A DNA stretch of 32,000 bases, taken from the NCBI GenBank assembly GCA_963676105.1, contig OY781039.1, positions 1,170,001 to 1,202,000 on the forward strand, read 5' to 3'. How positions within the stretch are numbered: the first letter of the stretch is position 1; every line of letters begins with the position of its first letter. A program made the translations under genes and the position numbers. Shown here piece by piece: positions 1-5,952 of the stretch. The notes under the pieces were generated by a model, which was not told the origin of the DNA, ran no database searches, and was given only the letters and a program-made list of their open reading frames with translations. This DNA comes from Erysipelotrichaceae bacterium. GTDB lineage: Bacteria > Bacillota_I > Bacilli_A > Erysipelotrichales > Erysipelotrichaceae.

Positions 1-158
1 CTATAAACGGCTTAATCCTATCTTTTATGCACCTTAAATATACTTGATTGACATAGAATTACATCAGAGTTCTGCTAGGAGGGGAAATTTAGGTGGAATC
101 GTAATTTTATTCATATGTAATAATGCATTCTCATGTTTATCTCAAACAATCCATTATC

Positions 159-437
159 TTACTTATTAATTGAATCCTTTAACTCATATAACGTAGCTTT
201 TTTTGTCGGTCTTCTATTAAAAATAGCTAAGTGAATAAGTAAGATTACAAAAAGTATAAACTGATTTAACCAATTCATCGATAACCAAAACCACCCACCA
301 TTAATAGCCACAACACTTGCGTTTGTATTATCAACATATTTGGCTAGATTATAGAATAGCGAAATTGAGTTAACAAAAGTTATTACACTTAAAATAAGCA
401 ATATTAAATCAACATCTTTAAAAAATCTCTTTACCAT
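159..437 (-). CDS. Small hypothetical membrane protein (92 aa, two predicted TM helices)
   Basis: ORF track. Two long hydrophobic stretches (LILLILSVITFV; FILFVILLIHLAIF). SD-like AAAGGAA just upstream of the ATG. It starts 10 nt after the stop of the upstream secreted-protein gene, so it is probably co-transcribed. No family recognised. Confidence 0.5.
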   Translation of the reverse strand: MVKRFFKDVDLILLILSVITFVNSISLFYNLAKYVDNTNASVVAINGGWFWLSMNWLNQFILFVILLIHLAIFNRRPTKKATLYELKDSINK

Positions 438-447
438 ATAATTCCTT

Positions 448-1131
448 TCAGTACCTTAAATGTGGATTACACAAACTAGATAATACTCCAAGATACCCCA
501 CATTGGGCACCCATCTTTCTAAATCCCATACTTTCTCAACTACGAGTTGTTTGTGGCACATATATTGATCATATAAACTACCATTGTCAATTTGAATCCC
601 AATATAAATCGTCTTCAATTCACTCCATGCTAAATTTGCTGCAAAATCAAGCACTCTAACTGATAGTTTAGGATCCAAACTATATGTCCAATAGTTATTT
701 CTTAAATGATATATATGCGAATAGAAATATTCATTTACAGTGCTTAAAGAAAATGTACTAAATACGTAAACATTTGAACTCGACACACTTACATTCTGTG
801 ATACTTCATCTAGTAAATCTTTCAAAGCTTCACTCTGTTCAAATTTATTATCTGACTGATTATAAATATATGATTCTAATCTTGAATTAACATCTTGTAT
901 CCATTTCTCGTTTTGAATAACAAAATCGCTAAGATCCTCTAATTTTAAGTTCTCTATTAAAACCATATCAGTGATTAATTGATCTCTATATTGAAATGTT
1001 TCATTATTTTCTTCTAAGATTGACTCTTCTTCCTTTGTATATAAATCTGGCATCAAAACTGTGCTCGCATTCACAGGACTAGCTAAACTAATAAAAAACA
1101 ATAATACAAATAAACTTTTTAAAACTTTCAT
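448..1131 (-). CDS. Secreted hypothetical protein with a C-terminal DUF2599-like domain (227 aa from the ATG at 1131)
   Basis: The ORF-track start at 1146 is a TTG. The ATG at 1131 (MKVLKSLFVLLFFISLASPVNAS) gives a canonical signal peptide and follows AAAGGAAG. The C-terminal segment ...AWSEL...DQYMCHKQL...WDLERWVPNVGY...LCNP resembles my recollection of the DUF2599 signature (Q..CH ... WNLE.wRP ... CNP). That call is unverified. Confidence 0.6.
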   Translation of the reverse strand: MKVLKSLFVLLFFISLASPVNASTVLMPDLYTKEEESILEENNETFQYRDQLITDMVLIENLKLEDLSDFVIQNEKWIQDVNSRLESYIYNQSDNKFEQSEALKDLLDEVSQNVSVSSSNVYVFSTFSLSTVNEYFYSHIYHLRNNYWTYSLDPKLSVRVLDFAANLAWSELKTIYIGIQIDNGSLYDQYMCHKQLVVEKVWDLERWVPNVGYLGVLSSLCNPHLRY

Positions 1132-1176
1132 AAATCTTCCTTTCAACTTAAAATCTTAAATTAAAAATATTTATAA

Positions 1177-1242
1177 CTAAACTCTTGGAATCTTATAATC
1201 AAATAACGATATTAACCATAATAGTAAATCTAAATCACCCAT
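1177..1242 (-). CDS. Unannotated 21-codon sORF (MGDLDLLLWLISLFDYKIPRV), a candidate signalling or regulatory peptide
   Basis: Hand-translated. The ATG at 1242 is preceded by GGGAGG (1252..1257) with 9-nt spacing, and by a minus-strand TATAAT at 1266..1271. TAG stop at 1177..1179, 45 nt before the secreted-protein ATG. Divergent from the HTH+TPR regulator. Too short for the ORF track, and coding status is unproven. Confidence 0.3.
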   Translation of the reverse strand: MGDLDLLLWLISLFDYKIPRV

Positions 1243-1279
1243 CTTTTTATTCCTCCCTTAGAATAATTATATTTTAAAT

Positions 1280-1289
1280 AATCATGATT
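1280..1289. promoter_or_regulatory. Perfect 10-bp palindrome AATCATGATT between divergent promoters (candidate operator)
   Basis: Read directly. It lies 9-18 nt upstream of the minus-strand TATAAT (1266..1271), where a -35 would be expected. It is also upstream of a plus-strand TTGATT(1306..1311)/TATAAT(1327..1332) pair, which has only a 15-nt spacer. Confidence 0.25.
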
Positions 1290-1316
1290 CTTGTCTATTC
1301 TTTTTTTTGATTTTAA

Positions 1317-2588
1317 ATGTTAAAGCGTATAATATTAGATAATATGAGCGACACTATATCAAATAATGGCTTTAACATTACAAAATTAATCATTGATCAA
1401 AGAAAACAGCTTAAATTATCTTTAAGAGAACTTTCTCAACTAACTAAATATAGTTATCAAACATTATCTAAATATGAAACAGGTGGTATTGAATTAAATA
1501 AGAACAATCGAGTAGTTCTATTTGAACACCTACACATAAATGCAGATGACGTTGATTATTTATCCAATGACTTTAAACAAGATTTAGACTTACTGTTTGA
1601 ATCGATTGTATATGACGAACAAGCTGAAATAAGTTCACTTTTCTCCAGAATTAAGAAAGCTGAAGAATATTTAGATTACACTAAATTTAGAGAAGAGTTT
1701 ATTACGCTAAAAATCATTGTATCAATCATCAATAATGAATCTATATCACAGGAAATGTTGAATGAATCACAATTCAATTCTTTTAAGCTATCTCTTCAAC
1801 AATGGATCTATGATTATATCGCTATTTATTACCTCAAAAACAATGATCTTATTAGGGCTGTAAAATATATTGATAAAGCGATATCTCTTGGGGTTCATGA
1901 ATCAAATGTTGGACTTGTCAATTACCATGCAGGAATCATCTATTCTGTCTATGGACAACTTTTAAAAGCTAGACACTATTTAGAAACAGCAGAAACTCAC
2001 TTCATAAAACAAAGAAACAATATAAGACTTATTAATCTTCAAATACAACTAACAACGGTTGAATCAAAACTAGGACAAGTCAATAAAGCACGAGCATCTT
2101 ATCTTAGACTGTTAAAAGACATCGAAAAAATTAATGATCACTATTCATTAAATGTTGTGTATCATAATCTATCCTGGTTGGAATATCGCCAAGAAAACTT
2201 TCAAGTTTCATTAGACTATCTAGATAAACTTGAGAAATCTCAAACATTAGACGAAAATGATCTCATCACCAAAATGTTATGTTTAACAGAACTTGAACAA
2301 TTTGATGAATCTGATTCTATTTACAAAAACAACACAATCTTGGATACAATGTATAAATTATATAGTGAGATTATTCACTTAGAAAATATCCATAAGATTG
2401 ATAAAAACTATGAAGCGAAATGTATGGAACTTTATCACATTATTAAAGATAAAAGAGACTTTGAAAATGTTGAAATCGTTATCTTCAAACTACTAGATTA
2501 CTACGAAATGAACCGTTTATATAAGAGTGCCTATGAACTCACCAAAGAACTTTATAGTTACATAGATTGGGTGTATCAACTCGATTAA
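1317..2588 (+). CDS. XRE-family HTH + TPR-like helical-repeat transcriptional regulator (RNPP-like: NprR/PlcR/Rgg type)
   Basis: N-terminal HTH_XRE signature (QRKQLKLSLRELSQLTKYSYQTLSKYETG). The remaining ~340 aa are helical with repeated A/Y/L patterns typical of TPRs (YYLKNNDLIRAVKYIDKAI; YHAGIIYSVYGQLLKARHYLETA). The 423-aa length matches NprR-size regulators. The start is uncertain: no SD precedes 1317, and the ATG at 1344 lies 12 nt after a TATAAT. Confidence 0.75.
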   Translation: MLKRIILDNMSDTISNNGFNITKLIIDQRKQLKLSLRELSQLTKYSYQTLSKYETGGIELNKNNRVVLFEHLHINADDVDYLSNDFKQDLDLLFESIVYDEQAEISSLFSRIKKAEEYLDYTKFREEFITLKIIVSIINNESISQEMLNESQFNSFKLSLQQWIYDYIAIYYLKNNDLIRAVKYIDKAISLGVHESNVGLVNYHAGIIYSVYGQLLKARHYLETAETHFIKQRNNIRLINLQIQLTTVESKLGQVNKARASYLRLLKDIEKINDHYSLNVVYHNLSWLEYRQENFQVSLDYLDKLEKSQTLDENDLITKMLCLTELEQFDESDSIYKNNTILDTMYKLYSEIIHLENIHKIDKNYEAKCMELYHIIKDKRDFENVEIVIFKLLDYYEMNRLYKSAYELTKELYSYIDWVYQLD

Positions 2589-2636
2589 TTTATGAACATC
2601 TTTTAAATTGATTTTTTCTTCTTTAAATTAAACAGT

Positions 2637-2669
2637 ACAAACAAAAGAGGTACTCGATTGAGAACCTCT
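2637..2669 (-). terminator. Rho-independent terminator, apparently the displaced original terminator of tRNA-Leu
   Basis: Stem AGAGGT(2646..2651)/ACCTCT(2664..2669) with an inner CTC/GAG pairing. On the minus strand it is followed by TTTTGTTTG (2637..2645). It lies directly after the tRNA-Leu 3'-end remnant at 2676..2700. Confidence 0.5.
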
Positions 2670-2675
2670 AATTTG

Positions 2676-2700
2676 CATACATGTTGCGCGTGACAGGATT
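2676..2700. repeat. Direct repeat (left att-like copy): remnant of the tRNA-Leu 3' end
   Basis: CATACATGTTGCGCGTGACAGGATT matches 4393..4417 (CATACATGGTGCGCGTGACAGGAAT) at 23/25 positions in the same orientation. Confidence 0.7.
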
Positions 2701-2832
2701 ATATGTTTTCACTGTCTTTGATTGATATAAGTTGCTTTTAATTGCTTAAACTAGTCTTTAATATGCTTTAATTTTACTAGATTGTTCTTAATTTGCATTA
2801 TAAACTCTTTGGCAGAGGGGATTTTGGGGGAA

Positions 2833-3675
2833 TTAGAAAAGACGAATTCTTTTAAGCATTAATTCTAGAATCACTATTGATTCACTAATATCAACATTTT
2901 TAGAATAAGCATTTTCGTTTTGATATCTATTCCATGAAGTCTTTACAATATTTGATTGCGATACGTCATTTAAAATAATCTTTGAATTATTCAACGCATC
3001 AAATGAGTTTCTATTATTAGTTGTATTAATTAAAGCTTCTCTTAATTGATCCCATTTAATTTCATCTTTTTTAATTTTGTAAAGTAAATATATGTCATAA
3101 AAATCTCTAGCTCGAGTGTTAATAACACCTCTTGATAAAATCGTTTCAATCTTTTCAGCAAGTATTGTCTCAAGCGTATAAGTATAAATGTTTACCCCTT
3201 TTTCACTAAACAAAAATTTATATTGATATTCAATTTCTTTAGGTGTTATTACATCCCCAGTAGTAATATCAATTTTTAAAGGCACAATAATCTTCTCATA
3301 AACCGCTTCAATAGAAACAGAGAAATTTTGATACTGATCTTTTTTTCGTATTGGAATGATAGATTTAAAATTGAAGAAAATTAAGTCATCAATTTTTATA
3401 GTAATAATATCTAAAACCATTTTTCTTATCGCTTCTTCCGTCATTGGATAATTGACAATAGTTGTATCCATATCCATAGTTGATCTTTCAGAAATACCAG
3501 ATAATGAGGCAACTAATAATCCACCTTTTAACACAAGATTCTTTTTATACTTTGACAGAGAAATGCGCTCAATTAATCTTTCGAACATGAAGACTTGTAA
3601 TAATTCTTGAGCTGAAATGTTTTTCTCAACCGACAAATTTCTTAAGTAACCCTTTAATTGTTCTGGTGACTTCAT
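2833..3675 (-). CDS. abiEii: AbiEii/AbiGii-family nucleotidyltransferase toxin (DUF1814)
   Basis: 280 aa. N-terminal LKGG motif followed by a MDMD acidic pair (LVLKGGLLVASL...RSTMDMDTT), typical of AbiEii nucleotidyltransferases. The ATGA overlap with the upstream antitoxin gene indicates translational coupling. Confidence 0.8.
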   Translation of the reverse strand: MKSPEQLKGYLRNLSVEKNISAQELLQVFMFERLIERISLSKYKKNLVLKGGLLVASLSGISERSTMDMDTTIVNYPMTEEAIRKMVLDIITIKIDDLIFFNFKSIIPIRKKDQYQNFSVSIEAVYEKIIVPLKIDITTGDVITPKEIEYQYKFLFSEKGVNIYTYTLETILAEKIETILSRGVINTRARDFYDIYLLYKIKKDEIKWDQLREALINTTNNRNSFDALNNSKIILNDVSQSNIVKTSWNRYQNENAYSKNVDISESIVILELMLKRIRLF

Positions 3676-4277
3676 GTAAGTACCTCGATATATTTGAAAA
3701 TTTCATTCTCTATTTTTAATTTTTTTGCATATTCCATCAATCTTCTTGAATTAATATTTTGGTTCTTAAAGTATTGATTCAATGCATCAGAGAATATTTG
3801 TGGATCTATGTCTTTTTTGTTCTTGATAATATCACAAATCGTTCGCTCGATATTGTAGCATCTTACTACCATACCCTGAGGTGATTTAATTTCTTCTAAA
3901 CCTAATTCAAATAATTCATGCTTGTCGTATTTAAATCGTATTTTCGCATTTTTAATTCTGTGAGTGTTATATCCTTTTTTAACCGTTAATGAAATAATAT
4001 TAGGAACTCTATTAGAATAACCATGAAAATACAAGGCTGTCCCTAGTGAATAAATAGAATTAGGTGCGTTTAATTGTAATAAATAATATTCATCAATAAT
4101 GTCATTTGCAAAAATATATACTCCCCTTTTAATATGAACTAAAACTCCGGATTCCACTAAACTAGATAATATTTCTCGTCTAATTCCTAATTCTTTTAAT
4201 TCTTTCGTAAATAAAACACCATTGTTTTGTTTAGCTTTTTTTCTTAATATTTCAATATTCTTTTCTTTTTGTACCAT
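3672..4277 (-). CDS. abiEi: AbiEi-family antitoxin / transcriptional autoregulator (type IV TA)
   Basis: 201 aa. The N-terminal winged-helix segment (GVLFTKELKELGIRREILSSLVESGVLVHIKRGVYIF) matches the AbiEi_4 pattern. It sits immediately upstream of abiEii and overlaps it by 4 nt. Confidence 0.8.
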   Translation of the reverse strand: MVQKEKNIEILRKKAKQNNGVLFTKELKELGIRREILSSLVESGVLVHIKRGVYIFANDIIDEYYLLQLNAPNSIYSLGTALYFHGYSNRVPNIISLTVKKGYNTHRIKNAKIRFKYDKHELFELGLEEIKSPQGMVVRCYNIERTICDIIKNKKDIDPQIFSDALNQYFKNQNINSRRLMEYAKKLKIENEIFKYIEVLT

Positions 4278-4366
4278 TGTGCTTTTATTTTATCATTTGT
4301 AAGCACGTTTGTACAATTATATTTACTTGGGTAACTCATAACCGCGTAACGTCACCATGGTACAAA
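4268..4366 (-). promoter_or_regulatory. abiEi promoter with three copies of a TTTGTAC(C)ATTGT-type motif (candidate AbiEi operator)
   Basis: 4268..4281 TTTGTACCATTGTG. A direct copy at 4308..4320, TTTGTACAATTAT (11/13). An inverted copy at 4353..4366 (13/14). Minus-strand extended -10 TGATAAAAT at 4287..4295, and a TTGTAC -35 at 4311..4316 inside the middle copy. The ATG (4277) lies only 9 nt after the -10 and has no SD. Confidence 0.4.
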
Positions 4367-4385
4367 AAAAGCCGAATAATTCGGC
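4364..4385 (-). terminator. Rho-independent terminator after tRNA-Leu
   Basis: GCCGAAT-A-ATTCGGC hairpin (4371..4385), followed on the minus strand by a run of 7 T (4364..4370). Confidence 0.6.
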
Positions 4386-4392
4386 ATTTCTT

Positions 4393-4417
4393 CATACATG
4401 GTGCGCGTGACAGGAAT
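4393..4417. repeat. Direct repeat (right att-like copy) covering the last 19 nt of tRNA-Leu plus 6 nt of flank
   Basis: See 2676..2700; 23/25 identity. Confidence 0.7.
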
Positions 4418-4483
4418 CGAACCTGCACGGGTCACCCCGCTAGATCCTAAGTCTAGTGCGTCTGCCAGTTTCGCCACACGCGC
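4399..4483 (-). tRNA. tRNA-Leu (anticodon TAG), class II with a long variable arm, CCA encoded
   Basis: Reverse complement GCGCGTG..CTAGA-CTTAGGA-TCTAG..GGGGTGACCCGTG..CAGGTTCGATTCCTG-TCACGCGC-ACCA folds as a cloverleaf. Acceptor stem GCGCGTG/CACGCGC. 85 nt. Confidence 0.9.
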
Positions 4484-4495
4484 AAATGCTAGTAA

Positions 4496-4523
4496 ATTAT
4501 AACATAAACATTGTTTATGACAA
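4496..4523 (-). promoter_or_regulatory. Sigma-A-type promoter for tRNA-Leu
   Basis: Minus strand: TTGTCA (4518..4523), a 16-nt spacer, then TGT-TATAAT (extended -10; hexamer 4496..4501). It lies 12 nt upstream of the tRNA 5' end. Confidence 0.55.
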
Positions 4524-4531
4524 ATATAAAT

Positions 4532-4951
4532 TTAGTCTTTTTCAAAGATTAATAATGAACTCTTATTATCAAGCAAAATCAATTGATTATTATCTATTTC
4601 AAAACGATTCACTTGCGTTAATAAATCATAGTATTGTAACTCTAAGTTATTTAAATCAGGATCCATACTTGCCATTTCAGTATGGAATATATCAGAAAAT
4701 TCTATAGAATCATTTTTTATGATAATGGCTCCACCATAATGATTAACAGCTGATGTACCTGATATTTCTCCATCCTTATCAATTATTAAAGTAATTCTAC
4801 CTTTTGATAAAATATCAGTATTTATATTTCCATCAATTAGATGATATTCACCGATTATTTCTTGGGGAATATTGTTAGTGAAAAAAATTGTATAAACAAA
4901 AAACAACAATACTATGCTTATGAATACTAAAGAAAGTTTCTTCATATTCAT
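4532..4951 (-). CDS. META-domain (HslJ-like) membrane-anchored protein
   Basis: 139 aa. N-terminal hydrophobic anchor (LSLVFISIVLLFFVYTIFF). The pattern GEISGTSAVNHYGGAI...IEFSDIFHTEMASM...LQYYDLL..VNRFEIDNNQLILLD fits the META domain pattern, with Ser replacing the usual Cys positions. Confidence 0.7.
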   Translation of the reverse strand: MNMKKLSLVFISIVLLFFVYTIFFTNNIPQEIIGEYHLIDGNINTDILSKGRITLIIDKDGEISGTSAVNHYGGAIIIKNDSIEFSDIFHTEMASMDPDLNNLELQYYDLLTQVNRFEIDNNQLILLDNKSSLLIFEKD

Positions 4952-4986
4952 ATCATGACATAAATTGTTGTTTTATTTAAGCATTA

Positions 4987-5850
4987 TTATTTTTGAGAAC
5001 GAACGTATGCGACAGCTTCTAAGCCAGCTGTGCAACCTTCACCAACTGCCTTAGCAATTTGCATTAAGCCTGGTGTGCAGTCGCCCGCTGCAAATAGACC
5101 TGGTACATTAGAGGCTTGTTTTTCATCAACAATAATTTTATTCTTTTCGACTAGTGCCCCCATTTTAAGTGCTAAGTCAGTAGCGCTAGCTGATCCTATA
5201 GCCACAAACACTCCCGCTACATCTATCACTTCACCTGTTTCAAGTCGAACACCTTTAACTGTGTTTTCTCCAACAATTTCAGTAATTTTATCAGTCAGAA
5301 TTTTAACGCGTTCATCAAAGTGACCAGTTGCTTCTAATCCATTCGTAAATACAATAACTTGATCCGCAACTTCAACAAGTTCATGAGCTTCTTGAGCAGC
5401 ATAATCTGCATTTCCTAATACCGCTACAATCTTCTTACGATAGAAGAAAGCATCACAAATAGCACAATAAGAAACACCTTTGCCTTCATATTCTTTAATC
5501 CCTTTTATTGGCAAGGATGCACGAGGGGAACCTGTTGCTAAGATGACAGACTTTGTTTCATATTTTGCTTGATTAGTAGACACTTCATATCCACCCATCA
5601 TCGCATAACTAACACCTGTTACCTCTTCTGTTTTAATTTCAATATCTAGCTTTTCAGCTTGATCAAAACCCTTTTGAAGCAGTTCAGGACCTGTTATTAG
5701 TTCGAAACCAAAGTAGTTGGCAATCTTATCAGTTTTGGCGAGTGCACCACCATCTTTCCCGATGATAAGCACATTCATATTTGCTCTTTTTGCATAGACT
5801 GCAGCTTGAATTCCAGCTGGTCCTTTTCCACATACTATAACGTCATACAT
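4987..5850 (-). CDS. Thioredoxin-reductase-like FAD flavoprotein with a CxxC centre but no recognisable NADPH-binding motifs
   Basis: 287 aa. FAD GxGxxG motif (VIVCGKGPAG), redox CAICD, C-terminal GD motif (LFAAGDC). Where TrxR has VIGGGNSA and HRRD, this protein has VLGNADYA and FTNG. SD AAGGGGA. Confidence 0.85.
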   Translation of the reverse strand: MYDVIVCGKGPAGIQAAVYAKRANMNVLIIGKDGGALAKTDKIANYFGFELITGPELLQKGFDQAEKLDIEIKTEEVTGVSYAMMGGYEVSTNQAKYETKSVILATGSPRASLPIKGIKEYEGKGVSYCAICDAFFYRKKIVAVLGNADYAAQEAHELVEVADQVIVFTNGLEATGHFDERVKILTDKITEIVGENTVKGVRLETGEVIDVAGVFVAIGSASATDLALKMGALVEKNKIIVDEKQASNVPGLFAAGDCTPGLMQIAKAVGEGCTAGLEAVAYVRSQK

Positions 5851-5920
5851 ATAAGTTCTGTCCCCTTATTTTTCTTGTCTATCATACACTAAAATTATTA
5901 TAAAAGAAAAGAAGATGATT

Positions 5921-5949
5921 ACAAATAAAAAGATATCCGAAGATATCTT
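5921..5949 (-). terminator. Rho-independent terminator ending the peptide-transport/amidohydrolase operon
   Basis: Perfect 8-bp stem AAGATATC-CGAA-GATATCTT (5930..5949), followed on the minus strand by TTTTTATTTGT. Confidence 0.7.
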
Positions 5950-5952
5950 TAA

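Larger units (their letters stand above)
2676..4417. mobile_element. Integrase-less ~1.7-kb islet at the 3' end of tRNA-Leu(TAG), carrying only abiEi-abiEii
   Basis: Bounded by the 25-nt direct repeats. The tRNA is intact at the right end, and a 3' remnant plus an orphaned terminator sit at the left end. No recombinase ORF lies between them. Confidence 0.5.

Noticed and set aside
1-158. AGGAGG at about 87..92 followed by a GTG, and several tiny ORFs on both strands at the window edge
   Set aside because: The GTG frame stops after 3 codons. The minus-strand ORFs are 16 aa or shorter and have no SD. The window edge also prevents judging the context.
2589-2675. Search for an NprX/AimP-like peptide gene immediately downstream of the HTH+TPR regulator
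   Set aside because: Only a 4-codon ORF (ATG AAC ATC TTT TAA) and a 7-codon TTG ORF are present, and neither has an SD. An arbitrium- or NprRX-type co-directional peptide gene is therefore not supported. The divergent sORF at 1177..1242 is the better candidate.
2681-2725. 14-codon ORF starting in the tRNA remnant (ATGTTGCGCGTGACAGGA...)
   Set aside because: It has no SD, and the frame is created by the tRNA-derived sequence itself.
2701-4392. Looked for an integrase, excisionase or transposase inside the tRNA-Leu islet
   Set aside because: The two AbiE genes fill the interval. No other ORF of useful length exists on either strand, so the element cannot be called an autonomous mobile element.
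4456-4707. 83-aa plus-strand ORF from the ORF track
   Set aside because: Its 5' end overlaps tRNA-Leu and its promoter, and the rest runs antisense to the META-domain gene. It has no SD and a low-complexity AT-driven composition. I treat it as spurious.
5030-5323. 97-aa plus-strand ORF antisense to the TrxR-like gene
   Set aside because: It is a shadow ORF inside a motif-supported minus-strand CDS. It is Ser/Pro/Thr/Ala-rich, as expected from antisense reading, and has no SD.
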